A stretch of 63,378 nucleotides of DNA, filler included, from Hyphochytrium catenoides (Eukaryota; Protista; Hyphochytriomycota): NCBI GenBank assembly GCA_900088475.1. It is 11 parts of 11 records of this genome, joined end to end, with 100 filler letters (N's around TTAATTAATTAA, not from the genome) between each part and the next. Parts side by side here need not be neighbours in the genome. Positions count along the whole stretch, not along the records: positions 48,536 to 51,385 come from FLMG01003045.1; positions 51,486 to 62,161 come from FLMG01004034.1; 9 more parts are not named here. The stretch is one strand, 5' to 3'. A model generated the notes under the pieces. That model did not search any database. It was given only the letters and a program-made list of their open reading frames with translations, and was not told the origin of the DNA. The first letter of the stretch is position 1, and every line of letters begins with the position of its first letter. A program made the translations under genes and the position numbers. Positions 48,995 through 61,860 of this stretch are shown here, one piece after another.

Positions 48995-51066
48995 TTAGAG
49001 CTGCGCAACACGCTGTGCTTTTACATGCTGCACGATGGGCTCCACTACTTGTGCCTCCTCTGTAGCAGTGCTTCCTTCTTGCACATAAGGAGAGGGCAAT
49101 GGCTTGGTATGGGCAGGTTTGCCAATGAGCCCAAGGGTCTCAAAAAGCTGCTGATCGGCGTCAAACTCTGGGTTAGCTGTCGTGAGCAGCCTGTCTCCTG
49201 TAAAGATACTGTTCGCCCCTGCGAAGAAGAGGAAAGCCTGCTCGGATGGGGAGAACGACAACCTTCCAGCGGAGAGACGGACCATCGTCTTTGGCATCAC
49301 TATGCGTGCGGTAGCGATCATCCTTGCCATGTCAAAAGCCGAAACGGGCTGGACATGGCCGTAGAGAGGAGTCCCTTCCACTGGCACTAGAGGAAGACGG
49401 CCGTTAATAGTAGCGCAACAACAGGATTTATGTGCAGTGCAGTCGGGACCACCAGGAAAGTCAAACAGGAGGACAGTTCAGAAGGGTGACAGGATATCTC
49501 TTGAGGGTACAAATCCACCTCCACCCCGTCCTAGTCGTTGATTCCGTGTATAACCCCTCTACGACAACCTCTCGACGGCTCTCCTACCTAAAGCGTTAAT
49601 TGGTACCGATTCGGGGTGCTCTGGCAGCGTAGCAAGAGTGTGTAGGAGTCCAATTCGGTCATGCTTCTCTTCTCCCATCCCGATGATGCCCCCACAGCAA
49701 ACCGAGATGCCAGCTGCTCTAACGTTAGATATAGTGTTCAGGCGGTCGTCATACGTCCTCGTACTGATGACCTACACAGGGAACCCGTGAGGTTAGCACC
49801 TACTCAAGAGGGCATCCCTCTCGACTGTGAACGCTTCTCCTTTCTATTTGCCTCTTTCGTCGTTTCTTTCTCTCCTTTCCGCCCTATCAGTCTTTCCCAA
49901 GTATCCCGGCATCAGCATCTCACCTTGCTATAATATTCTCTGCTAGTGTCTAGGTTATGGTTGTAAGCAGTAAGTCCAGCTTCCTTCAGCTTCTCGGCTT
50001 GATCAGCAGTCAACATGCCCAAGGTGCAGCAAACTTCCATCCCCATGCCGTTCACCTCCTTCACCATCTGAATGACCTTCTCGAATGCGTGTTTCTTGCC
50101 AACTTCTCGCCAAGCAGATCCCATACAAAATCTTGTGCTACCGGCGGCTTTGGCTCTCTTTGCTGCCTCAATCACCTCGTCAACCTGAGATTTGGGAGTA
50201 GGTTAGAGCCAAGATTAGAGGAAGAGACATAGCGACACTCAGGAGAAAACAAAGAAGACCCTCGGACACTTGGAAGGACAAAAAGAGCTAGGGTTGAAGG
50301 CAAACAGAGATGATGATCCACTCAGGTCAGGGAGCACGTAATTGGACAGATCTAGGTGATGAAGACCAGAGATGCGACAGAGGACGGATTTGACAGAGGA
50401 TACCACTATAGATTCAAAGCCCAAATAAAGATCAAAGCGTAAATTGGCAAGAGTGTGAGGATCTAGCTTGCCTTCATCATGGGGGTAGGCTTGACGAACG
50501 TCTTGTGGTGGGAAGACTGCGAGCAATAACCGCAGTTCTCAGTGCAGCCACCGGTCTTGATAGAGAGCAAGGTGCACTGCTGCACCTCTCTAGGGTTGAA
50601 GTGGGTCCGGTGCACGGTAGCTGCCCTGTAGATAAGCTCCAGGAGCGGAAGGTCGTGGACCTCTTGGATTTCGTCTCTGGTCCAATCCTAACGTGTGCCA
50701 GGAGAGAAAGACGGGCAGGCGAAAGAAGTCAGAGAGGGAAGAAGATGCTAAGCTCAAGTGACGGTGAGAAGTAGACTCGGTCAGGTGGTAAGAAGAAGAG
50801 CTTCCATCATTTATAACAAAGCGAAAGTCCAAAGCCGGAAGAACCGCAGAAGTTTGAGTAACCAAAGGAGAAACTATTGCAAACCCTCTACCAGCTGTCG
50901 GTGAGAGGTGCAGAGAAGGGATTGACTTTCGGCGTACATTTCTAACTTCGCTCTTGATGCCATGCAGGGATGCCGAGGATGAGACCTGTCGGGCTGCAAA
51001 CCTTCTGAAGCCAAGAGAGACTGAGGATGGGGAGAGAGAGGAACGAAGTAGTCGTAAGGTCGCCAT
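48995..51066 (-). CDS. BIO2: Biotin synthase (radical SAM) with mitochondrial-type presequence, 5 exons
   Basis: [15 protein letters not shown] (CxxxCxxC), [44 protein letters not shown] and [14 protein letters not shown]; Arg/Ser-rich N-terminus. Confidence 0.97.
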
Positions 51067-53642
51067 GGCGCTCCGTGCTAATAAAGTCTCAGTTCACGGT
51101 ATCTTAGTGAGCGCCAGGCAATCTGGAATCTGGTCCCGAGCTCTCTTTGGCGGCAGTCAAGCTCTATGCTTGCGTCGCCTCTTCTTCTTGCAGAGCAGAG
51201 ACAGGACCGACGAGCAAGGAAAGGGCCTCTCCTTGTCACGACAGGGCAGAACCATCGTCCATCACGGTCCTTGAAGGAATGAATCAGAACGACAGAGGGT
51301 TAGAAAGGCAAAGCAATGTGCGGAAGAGAGAAGGGGAAAGAGATATCTAGAGAGGTGGAAGAGTGACACAGATGGTGCAAGGGATNNNNNNNNNNNNNNN
51401 NNNNNNNNNNNNNNNNNNNNNNNNNNNNNTTAATTAATTAANNNNNNNNNNNNNNNNNNNNNNNNNNNNNNNNNNNNNNNNNNNNATCAGAGGCCGAGAA
51501 TTTTGCTGATAGCGTATCGTTTAGCGTACCCCGGTGGAAGTGCTCTTATTAGAGATTAGTTGAGTGAACAAACGACAACAAAATGGTGGTTGGTGGTTCA
51601 TCTCCTCCTTCTCCTTCTTCGTCTCCCCTATTATCACTGAGGAAATTAACTATGATTCTTCCTTTACTGATGATGGGCCTGCGGGAGATCGAGGTGGCTG
51701 AGAGGAGCGAGACCAAGGCGTTATAGCTTTTCTCGTCTCTTTCTCCTCTTCTCCCTCTTCTTCTTCTTCTTCTCCTCGTTCTTCTTCCTCTTCTTCTTCC
51801 AGAAAAAGAGGTAACGATCTTAGCTGGTATATACAGTAGTTGAGACTGCTGTGATGAGCCCTTTTGTTATCATCAGTATAGCCATAGATTTATTATGTTT
51901 TTGTTGCTTTCGCAAGCGAAAGGTCGACGAGGCCTCTCTCCTCTTTAGTAGATGAGAACTCCATATCGTTATTAGCTGCTGCTGTGGAGCGGGTTGCTGC
52001 TAACCGCAAGAGGAGGAAAGGAGTAGTAGTGCATCCTCAGCTTCATCGATTATTAGTCAATAATGAGTAGTACTAGTATCCTTGACAGCGCTTTCTTTCT
52101 TTTCTTTTTATGGCAAGGTTTCGGATGTCTCTGGTTCTGTAGATTTTATGGGAAAATATGAGGTCTTTCGCTTATTAATGAAGCAGTTGTATATTATTTC
52201 TATATAAAGGATGCTGCAGGACCTCTTCCATTATCTATAAGAAGATTATAAATAATAAGACCGATCTTATGTAACGACCACCAACTCAGTGATAACCAAA
52301 CCTAAGGACTGATAATGCAGTCTAAAGAGTTAATAAGAAGATAGTATTAACTTAGAAAGGGTATAGAAGTAAGGGCAAAGAAGAAGCAAGAGCGAGTCGA
52401 AGAAAAAAGCAGCACACCACGGACCAGCTTTAGATTGATGAAGAAGGATCATCATCATCCAACAGCCGAAGACGACAAACTTACAATGAAGAAGGACTGA
52501 GCGGCGGATGTAAACTCGTCGTCCTTTCAGTTCTCTTACCAACTAACAGACAAGAGGAAGATGCCCCGACGAAGATGAGGGACCGAAAAGAGCTGATGAA
52601 GACCACCGACCATAATAACCACGACGACGATGCATGATGCGATGATGAGCTGTTATTGTTGTTGTTCTTCTTTCTTCTTGCAGCAGCAGCAGCAGCAGCG
52701 GCAGACAGTCAAGACGACGATAGACACCTTCCCCTATATTTATTATAGAGAAGAAGAAAGAAAGAAGGATCCTCACTCTTATCAGTGATAATAATAAAGA
52801 AGGAGGAGAGCAAGCAGTAGTGGCTTGGTTGAAGAGAGAGAAGAGGAGGAAAGAATCGGAAAGGACTTCCTTCCACACTAATCATAAATAAGTAAATGCT
52901 GACAATAAGTAGCAAGTATGGAATGGTAGTTCCATGCATTATTGTTACACAAAGCTCCTACAGTAAGTAAGCTGTTTCTGAAGCCATTTGCTACAAGTAC
53001 AGTACTTACTTGTGAACAGATCGTCCTTATGAGGAATGTGTACTCTTACCATTCCAAATAAAAACGGCCAGCGAGTTCAGTTCCCGGCCTGGATGAGTGC
53101 AGATGGATTTTTGAAGCTTTGGGAGCATCTGCAGACAAATTTCTTCTTCGTTCTCGCCTTTTTTCATTGCCTTTCAGGGAGAAGTAGAGCGAGACAGCTG
53201 TCGGCACTTCTAGCGGTGGAGCTTCCTTCGTTGCCCTTGCCCCTCTGCTTGGACTGACTGCTGTAAGTGTAGGGCATCATCTTGTCTCTGTTCCACAGCG
53301 GAGAGCTTAAAATCTTGTGATCCCAGTTCGACCACTTGGTACCGTTGTTCTCCTACTTGGATGGCAAAGAAGACATCGCCACTAATGAGATGAATCTCAA
53401 CGGTTGAAGGCCGCACAAACCTCCTTGATACTACTTCTCTGTTCTTTCTTTCCAGCTTCTCTCTTCAGCGCTACCTCCTGATTTGGATCGCCACAGGCGA
53501 GGACCAAGCATTGGCAATGACAGTGCACAAACTTGCAGTTCTTTCCCACATCTGGCTGTAGCCAATCACTAGTGAGACGGCGGCAAGGGATTACATAGAG
53601 AGAACAGGAGGAAGAAAAGATAAAGAGAGAGAGAGACTGAAG

Positions 53643-54902
53643 ATGAGGCTCTCCGGGAGAAAAGGCTCCAGAGCAAGCTCCCGAAGCAAAGGGAGAGAAC
53701 GAGTCAAAGAAGAAGGAGAAGAAATGGCAGGCAGTGCAAAGCGCTCCAAGGTCTTCACAGAGAAAGAGCTGCAGAGGCTTCTCGACCGGAGAGACGCGCT
53801 AAAGGGCGACATTCTCTCTCTTGAGAGACAAATCTATGATTTAGAGACGAACTACCTGGAAGATACAGAACCATTTAAAAATGCACTCACAGGATGGACA
53901 GCGCCGCCGCCTCCTTCTCTCTCTCTCTCTCTTCTCTCTCCCCCGTCTTCCGCTGGGGCCAGCGCAGCCTCGCATTCGCAGTCTAGTGTGGGTTCTTTTT
54001 CTAAAGGCGCGACTCCATCAGGGAAGAAGACGGTACCGCTGGGAGAGGACGACAGGTAGTTTTCTCTCTGTCTCTCTCTCGCTCGCTCTCTTTTTGATAC
54101 CTCAAGAATGGGTTATAAAAGTGGCACCACATGAAAACATCTCTCTCCTCAAATGCCGTCGTATTCTTTTATCTATCCGTCTCTCTCTCTCTCTCTCTGT
54201 TTCCTTCTGTCTCTCTTTGTCTCCCTCCTCTGCCTCTCTTTCCTACGGATATCTTCGTTTTTGGCTCCGCTCTCTTCCAGAGGACACTCTCTCTCTCTTT
54301 CCCTTTCTAGTCGTATTGGTCCTAAAGCACGATTTATACGATGCAGGATTTTCTCTCTTTCCTCCCTCACTTCGCCAGCCTCAATTGCCAAGAACAAGAG
54401 AGAAAAGTTAGAGAGAGGGAATAGCGGGAAAGGAGGAGGAAAAAGTGATCCTTCTCCCTCTTCTCAGCCTCCTTCTTCTTCTTCACTTTCCCTCTCTCAA
54501 GAAGATGCACAAGAGGAGAAGAGCATGGGGAATGAAGAGCCACAGGGAGAGAGAGGGGCTCAAGAGACACCCCATACTAACCAAGAGACCAGCAAGGAGG
54601 AAGAGAGAGAGAAATCATACAATGCCAAAGGCCAAGTGGAAAAGACCGGCGCTATCGGGATAGGAGAGCAAGTAGAAGGAGAGAAACAGGAGCCTGAAGG
54701 AGAAAGAGAGTCGAGGGAAGAGACAGTGGAAACAGAAGAACCTGCAGGAGAGGTGAATCTAACTGCTTCTATGGGGAAAGACAAGGGCAAGGACAGAGAG
54801 ACTATGCGGATAGAGAGAGAGACACGAGAAGAAGAGACGAAGGAGTCAAATAGAGAGGAGCAGCACAAGGGACCCGAAGGTGATTCTTCTCTCTCCTCGT
54901 AG
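53643..54902 (+). CDS. EAF6: NuA4 acetyltransferase subunit Eaf6 (MEAF6-like), 2 exons
   Basis: LERQIYDLETNYLEDT...N.LTGW in exon 53643-54055 splices to 54347, giving EDDRIFSLSSLTSP. Confidence 0.88.
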
Positions 54903-55373
54903 CGAAGGACAGAAGCGAGCGGATTTAATAAAAGCTATGCCTGGACCTCTCCCTACGGCTCGTCCCTATATCTCTTTTTTTCAACGTTCCTTCGCCGTCT
55001 TCCTTCCTTTTCACTTCTCTTCTTCTTCCCTCCAAGGCTCTCATCTCCTGAAACCTCTTTATATCTTCCTCTTGCGTCTATCTGTCCTGACCCTTCACGA
55101 AGAGAGTTGTAGAGAGAGAGAGAGAGAGAAGGCCGCAATAAAAAGAGACTAGGGAAGGACAGGATTGAACAACAATAAACTTGTTTAAAAGAATCTTACT
55201 CTCTCTCTCTCTCTCCATCAACCTTCCCGTGTTCTTAACGTGAGAGAAAGAGAGAGAGGGGCTACCAGCTATTAGTGACCATGACACATCCATAACAGAA
55301 AGCGATGCTCTTCACTTTCTCTCTCTTTTTTCTCTGTTCTTTCCCAGTCTGCCCTTTATCTCCTCTGAACCTG

Positions 55374-56842
55374 CTAAGAAGCTTTAATCAGGGCCCACAA
55401 GATGCCATCAATATACTCGAGTTCTCCGCCATCCATGTCTCTCTCTTTGTCTCCTCTCTCTCTCGCTTTCTTGAAAGTAGCGTGAGAGAGATGCGCTTCA
55501 TGAGCAATCAGCTTCACTTCTCCCCTGTCCACCTTGTTAAGGATCCCACAGCAGTTATAGCTGCTATAACCGCGGACCTTGAACGCCACTTCAGGGGGAG
55601 AGATAGAGGCAGTTGACGGGTCTTCCCTGCAGATTTTCCTTCTCAACTGTCCTTCTTCTACCTCCGTAAACTGTGCATAACATTCCTCATTCATCACCTG
55701 TTCCCATACAACGCCCTGGATCATTCTCCCCACGCAGCCTTCTTCATGCCAAAGCTTCGCCAGACGCGATTTTTGGGATTTTGCAGACAAAATCTGCTTC
55801 CAATACGGAGATTCCAGACGTCCGCAGATTCTCTGTTTGACAGCATTTTTAGCTTGAATGACTGCACTTTCGTGCTGGAACAGATCTTCATAATTGTCCT
55901 CTTTCTCTTTTTCGGGCAGAACGACAAATTGTGTCCACCGATAGCCAGCCTCTCCCCGAGGTGTCTCCATCCGGTAGGAGAGGAGAGAGATGTCGGAGAG
56001 AGAGGCAGAGGCATTGAAGCTGTTTTCTAGGTTGTTTTCCACTTTGTCTTTGAAAAGAGCTTGCTCGATCNNNNNNNNNNNNNNNNNNNNNNNNNNNNNN
56101 NNNNNNNNNNNNNNNNNNNNGGAAAGAGAGGAGAGAAGAATAAGGAAGAAAGGGCAGAACAGTGAGGCCAAAGAGCGGGAGAGGCAGAGAGAAGAAGAGA
56201 GAGAACAGGGGGAAAGCAGGAGAGAGGAAGTTAGGTACTGGTTCTTGAGTCGATTCGGCAGTTGGAAGGAAAGGGGAGAGAGGGGAGAGAGCGAGACGGA
56301 GATGGCTGCGGTGACAAAGTAAGACAGAATGAGAAGCGAGAGAGCTAAAACGGGGAGACAGAAGAAAGGAGACGTGAAGACCAGTTATCAGCAAAGAGCG
56401 CGACGGGCGAGAAGAGAGAGAAGCATAATTGTCGGAAGAAGACTATGTTTCTTGAGAGACCCGATATCAGATGCGGGAGAGCGGCGAGGAAGAGAGAGAC
56501 ACACACACAAACAAAGAGGTAGAATGAGAGAGCAGAAACGACCGCGAGCGCGAGAGACACAGACAGAAAGAGAGAGAGAGACGGAGAGAGAGAAAGAGAG
56601 ACCCCACCTGTAGGTCGTGAGCTGTCCCGTCTTCTGATCCTGATAGTACGGCCACGTGATGTGCAGGATCTTGACAAAGTCCGGCGCGTAAACTTCAGCT
56701 GCAGCATTCGGCAGCGGAAACTTATAAGAGATCTCACAGTCCACAGCGTCGCAGACGAATGGGGAACTTTTTGAAAATTGCAGAGGATCAGACGCATTCC
56801 GCCGATAGTGCCCATAGTAGTCCGACCATAGCGTCCAGTGCT

Positions 56843-56893
<51 letters not shown>

Positions 56894-57679
56894 TGTGAGA
56901 AGAGAAAGAATGATGATTGATTGTGTGTGAGAGAGAGAAGGGGATGAGGGAGAAAGAGAGAGGTGACAGAGAGAGGAGTTACGATAAGAAACCAGATTGG
57001 AGAAAGAGACACACAGGCAGCGCGAAAGAGACAGAAGGATGAAAACGAAAGAGAGGCAGGATGAATACCAGGAGCAGAGAGAGAGACAGAGAGAGATGCA
57101 GACTGACAGAGACACAGAGAGAGGAGCGTTGTCAATGACGAACGCAGGATTTGACACAATAATGAGGAACACGCGAAGACTAACTGAGAGAGAAAAGAAC
57201 TCGAATCCAATAGAAAAAACGGTTAGAGAAGGGAAAAAGAGAGAGATAACGAACGATCTGAAAGGGAGGATAGAGTCAGAGCAAACATCAACAAAGACTA
57301 TCGCCGATACGTCTGCGAAATAAAAAAAAGAAAGAAAGAGAGAGAGAGAGACACAGAGAGTGTCTTTCCCACCTTATCCACGACAGAATGATGGGAGAAG
57401 AAGATAATGTCTAGGGGAGAGCACATGGTGGGCATCGTTCCTCCTGTCACCACGTGAGTCGTCCCGTGCATCGCAGGCTCGTAGTGGCCTCTGAAGCCGT
57501 CTTCTCCTCCGTACTCAGGATAGTCCAACAGGAGAGAGACCAGGCGAGTCAGAGTGGGGAGATTGGCTGCTGTTGACTGATATTCGCCCCTCACGAGACA
57601 CATGGGCTCTTGGATCCAACTGCCGTTGAGAGACACCCGAGAGTGGCGCCCCCAGCCAAACCTGAGACACCAACGCAAA

Positions 57680-57711
<32 letters not shown>

Positions 57712-57894
57712 TAGAGAGAGAGGAAGAGAGAGAAAGAGAGGGGAGAGAGGAAGATAGAGAAAGAGGGAGAGAGAGGGAGAAAGGAGAGAGACAGACAGAC
57801 AGGTGCAGGAAGTGTAAAGACGGGAGAGAAAGCAATTTGATGAGAACAGTGTTCCACATGTTGGTAGTATAATCAATTGGAGAGGGAACAATGA

Positions 57895-57944
<50 letters not shown>

Positions 57945-59629
57945 CAAAGGCGGAGGAGAAAGACTGTCGGGAAAGAGAGAAAAAGAGAGTCCAAGACTAA
58001 GCTAACAATTGGCAAATAGTACCCGCACCAGAAGAAGCTTCTCGCTCTCATTCACTTACTCTCTCCTCTGTCTCGCCCTGTCCCTCTCTCCCGCTCTGCC
58101 TGCATCTCTCTCTCTCCTCCCTCTCTCTCTCCCTCCCTACCTTCGTATAACTCTCTGCCTTCTCTCTCTCTTGATTCGGCCCACATGGGTCTCTCCCTAC
58201 TGCCCACTGTTATCCGTCTCACCAAGCCCTCTCTCCTGTCTTTTTACCTTTCTCCGGCTTTCAACTCTGGCGCCCTCCCTCTCTCTTCCTCTCTCTTTCC
58301 CACACTCTCTCTCTCACTTACCCCATCTTACCTATTGCATCCAGTGCAGCATCTGCCTGTATATCCCGCGCCATAGAAAGTCTGCCCAGAGTATTTCTTT
58401 CCATCTCCTCCACCACCTGTTTCCCTAAGAATTGTATGGGCGTTTAAGAGGGTTTGGATCCCTCGCATTTGTGCTCGAGAACTCTCAGAGGCCCAGTTCC
58501 AATAGGGAAGGGTGAGACAAGAGAAACGAGGAGAGAGAAGACGCAGCGTGTTTTCTACTGCCACGAGGAAGATGCGGTGCCAGTGGAAGAAGAGAGAGGT
58601 CGAGTGTCCCTGTACCATGTTAGAGTTATACACATGTACATCGAGGAAGAGATTGTGCAAGCCAGAGTCAGAGAAGAGAGAGAACGCCTCCAGGTACAGG
58701 TCTTTCTCTTTCCTGGTCAGCTCATTCCAGTCTTTCCTTATACGGCGCATGGGAGAGCCGTCTGGATTCTTTCTTCTCTCTCCTTCAGGCGTGAACTCAC
58801 AGAGAGTAGGATCGCTCTGAGGGTTCCCGTTCAGCACTCTCTCTTTCCAGGGCTTTTTCTCTTTCAGGACGCCAGAGACAATGGTCCAGCCTTCTTCTCC
58901 CTCGTCTGCTGCTTCCTCTTTTCCTCTCTCTCTCTTCGTTTCTTTTCTCTCTCTCTCTGTCTTGACCTCCTCCATCTCTTCTATCAACGCTCTCCTCACG
59001 CTCTTTCCCTTGGAAGAAGGCGTATAAGAGAGAGAACGAGAGGAAGAAGTGCGAGAAGAAGAAGAAGAAGAGAAAGAGAGAGACGAAGAGACAAGCGGCT
59101 CTTTTCTAGACCTTGTTTGGACATCCTCCGTCGGTTGGCGTGGATTTTCCTTATAGAGATAACAGAAGCCGCCTTGAGAGGCTGAATATTTCCAGGTCCA
59201 GGATTGGCAGAAAGAGTTCTTGTCACAGAGGTTGCAACAGAGTCCGAAGCCATTGTTATAGCGATCTTGGACCACCTCGTGAGGCTCTAAGCCATGGTTA
59301 ATAATAGAGCCAGAAGAGAGAGAACAGGTAAAGTCTTCCCCGCCAATCTCTTCCGGGAGAGAAGAAGAAGAGAGAGAGAGAGAAGAAAGTCTCTCTTCTT
59401 CTTCTTCTGCTACTTTCTTTTCCTTCTCTTTCTTCGTCTCGCCCGCGTCTGTTGGGGAGGAGAGAGAAGAGGAAACGGAAGAGGGAGAGATGCTCCGAAA
59501 GGTAGAGGAAGAAGAAGTGATGCTCCCACGCCGAGTGGCTGTCGCGGGAGAGAGAGAGAAAAGAAGACAGAGAAGAAGAGAAGCAAAGGAAAGAAAACAT
59601 TTCTTCCCTCTCCCTCTTTTAGAAGTCAT
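55374..59629 (-). CDS. Secreted tyrosinase (type-3 copper) with N-terminal PAN/apple domain
   Basis: Signal peptide; PAN CCNLC...CQSWTW...CYL; CuA H...HSTSLFFHWHR...PYWNW; CuB HGTTH...SPLDIIFFSHHSVVD. Exons 59629-58332, 57661-57373 and 56840-56608; the terminal exon 56070-55374 lies beyond an N gap, so that link is inferred. Confidence 0.88.
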
Positions 59630-60026
59630 GGCTCTGGCAAATCTGGAGAGAGAGAGAGACTCTCTCTTTCAAGACCTTCCTCTTGGGAGACGACGCAGAA
59701 GAGACACGGACTCCGCCACTTTTCTCTTTCTCAATGCATGATAACCATTGAATGGTCGAAGAAGCAACAACAGAGACAAAGAGAGAGAGAGAAAAGAGAT
59801 ATGCTCTCCTTCCTGACTTCTCTCCCAATTTGTGCTCTCAGGCAAATAGAGACAGAGCTTCAAACTCGCGAAAGGGGAGAAAGCAAAAGCCTCGTTGGAC
59901 GGAGAGAAAGAGAATGTCAGGCTTTCCTCTCTATATGGAGTGAGGACGAAATAAAGAGAGAGAGAGAAAAAGCTTCTTACCGGAGCGGCATCAAACGGCG
60001 CTATAAGCACAAAGACAATGCGCGCG

Positions 60027-60069
<43 letters not shown>

Positions 60070-60377
60070 CATGCCCAAAGACCAAAGAAGAGGCTTTTCT
60101 CTTGTCAAGCGTTCTATCGTCAACGTCTGGCATTTCCTTCTCTCCTCTTCTCATGCGATCTCAATTCGCCTGGGACTCTCTCTCTCTTCCCTGTGACTGT
60201 TTCTGCTTCTCTCCTTTTCCGTCTCCTCACACGCTGTGTTGACTGACCTGCCTGGCTTCCCTCCTCTCTCGTGTCTCCTCGTCTCCTCTCTCTCTCTCTC
60301 TCTCTCTCTCTGTGCCTCTCTCTCTNNNNNNNNNNNNNNNNNNNNNNNNNNNNNNNNNNNNNNNNNNNNNNNNNNNN

Positions 60378-60409
<32 letters not shown>

Positions 60410-60489
60410 GGCTCCGTTTCACTGTCCCAATGTGTCTCTTGGAGATTCGACGAAACCCCAAAGAATCCTTTCAACAACAAAAAAGTCAA

Positions 60490-60830
60490 AGGTATTTCTG
60501 ACTCAACTCATACAGAAAATGAATAATGGAGCTTCGTGGAGGTCTATTATTACATCCCATACTGGCATAATCGTAATAACGGACCATACGTTTACATTAC
60601 GAAGCTTGGTGGGATCCATAATCTGACCGGTGCATTGGTGTATCGTGCAACCTTTCGCCCGCAACTTTGTCCTCTTCCATCTCGGAATGTTTCCTGCAGT
60701 AATGCTTCTTAGTGAACTTATCAGACCTGCTGTATATATAGTTACGTAGCTTGGGTCTAAACGATTTCGAAATATTCGACCTTTACCAGCTGCAATGTTT
60801 CTCGAGATCACCCCGCACTCTGGGAATAAC
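60490..60830 (-). mobile_element. Possible decayed RTE-like LINE 3' fragment
   Basis: KGRIFRN... and KRMVRYYDYASMGCNNRPPRS loosely resemble the RTE C-terminal motifs K.RIF and RLRW.GHV.RM...R.P. Confidence 0.3.
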
Positions 60831-61034
60831 TATGTGTCTTCGCAGTGCCCACCATCCCCAAATGAGAGTGATAACTAGAAAGAAACATTTTTAAGAGGTT
60901 AGATCTAGTTAATCAAACTGTCCTCCTGCTCAAAAGATTTTATGGGAGAACTGTCTCTTTCCTCTGACAGTTCCTCTCCTCTCCTTGGCCACAGGATTGA
61001 TTATGCGGCTACCTCTATCCTTCCTCAGGGGGAT

Positions 61035-61067
<33 letters not shown>

Positions 61068-61327
61068 NNNNNNNNNNNNNNNNNNNNNNNNNNNNNNNNN
61101 NNNNNNNNNNNNNNNNNNNNNNNNNNNNNNNNNNNGAGAGAGAGAGAGAGAGAGACTGAGTGGCAGTAAGCATCATCATGAAGTCTCAATACCGGGAGCT
61201 CAATCAGAAGCAGATCTCAACATTCTCTTCTCATCGGAGAAGAGAGAGAGAGACGGCACTTCTGCAGGCGAGAAGAAGCAAAGAAAATAGAAGTAGAAGC
61301 TACGTCCCTTCGTTCTTCTAGATAACG

Positions 61328-61590
61328 ATGGCGAAGTCTGCGATGGATGCTCCCGAGAGAATCTCCTTTCCAGGTCTGTCTTCCGGTTGCAAAATGTGCC
61401 GGCTGTCTCTCCTCCTTCGCTCTCTCTCTTCCCATGCTCTATCTATCTATCTTCTTTCTTTTTTCTGTCTTCTTTCCCTAGTGTGGGGCTTACGTACTGT
61501 CTCTCTCTCTGTGTAAGCAGCTCCTGACCTGCTTCTCAGAAAAGATGTCAGAGCTATTTACCCGCACCACTTCCCTCTTTCCTCCTCTCT

Positions 61591-61637
<47 letters not shown>

Positions 61638-61860
61638 ATCTCTGCCTAACCTGGACCATAATGGTTGACGCATCGTGTCCCCCTCTCGTTTTTTGCTCCC
61701 TCCAATTCTTGGGCTTTCTCTCTTTCTGATTTCCCCATTCCAGGAGAGGAAGAGAAAACCTTAGAGTTCTGGAAGAAAGTTGATGCTTTTAGGACATCAT
61801 TGAAGCTCAGTGAGGGGCGTCCAGAGTTCTCTTTCTATGATGGACCACCATTCGCAACTG
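61328..61860 (+). CDS. IARS1: Isoleucyl-tRNA synthetase, cytosolic type, first two exons (partial)
   Basis: Exon 61328-61373 ([15 protein letters not shown]) splices to 61744-61860 ([10 protein letters not shown]...[12 protein letters not shown]). Confidence 0.93.

Noticed and set aside
53110-53375. In-frame TAG in otherwise open frames (MSSLPSK*ENNGTKW...) as stop-codon reassignment
   Set aside because: Reconstructed genes contain no internal TAG, and TMEM128 and Eaf6 terminate at TAG; mutation of dead sequence explains it better.
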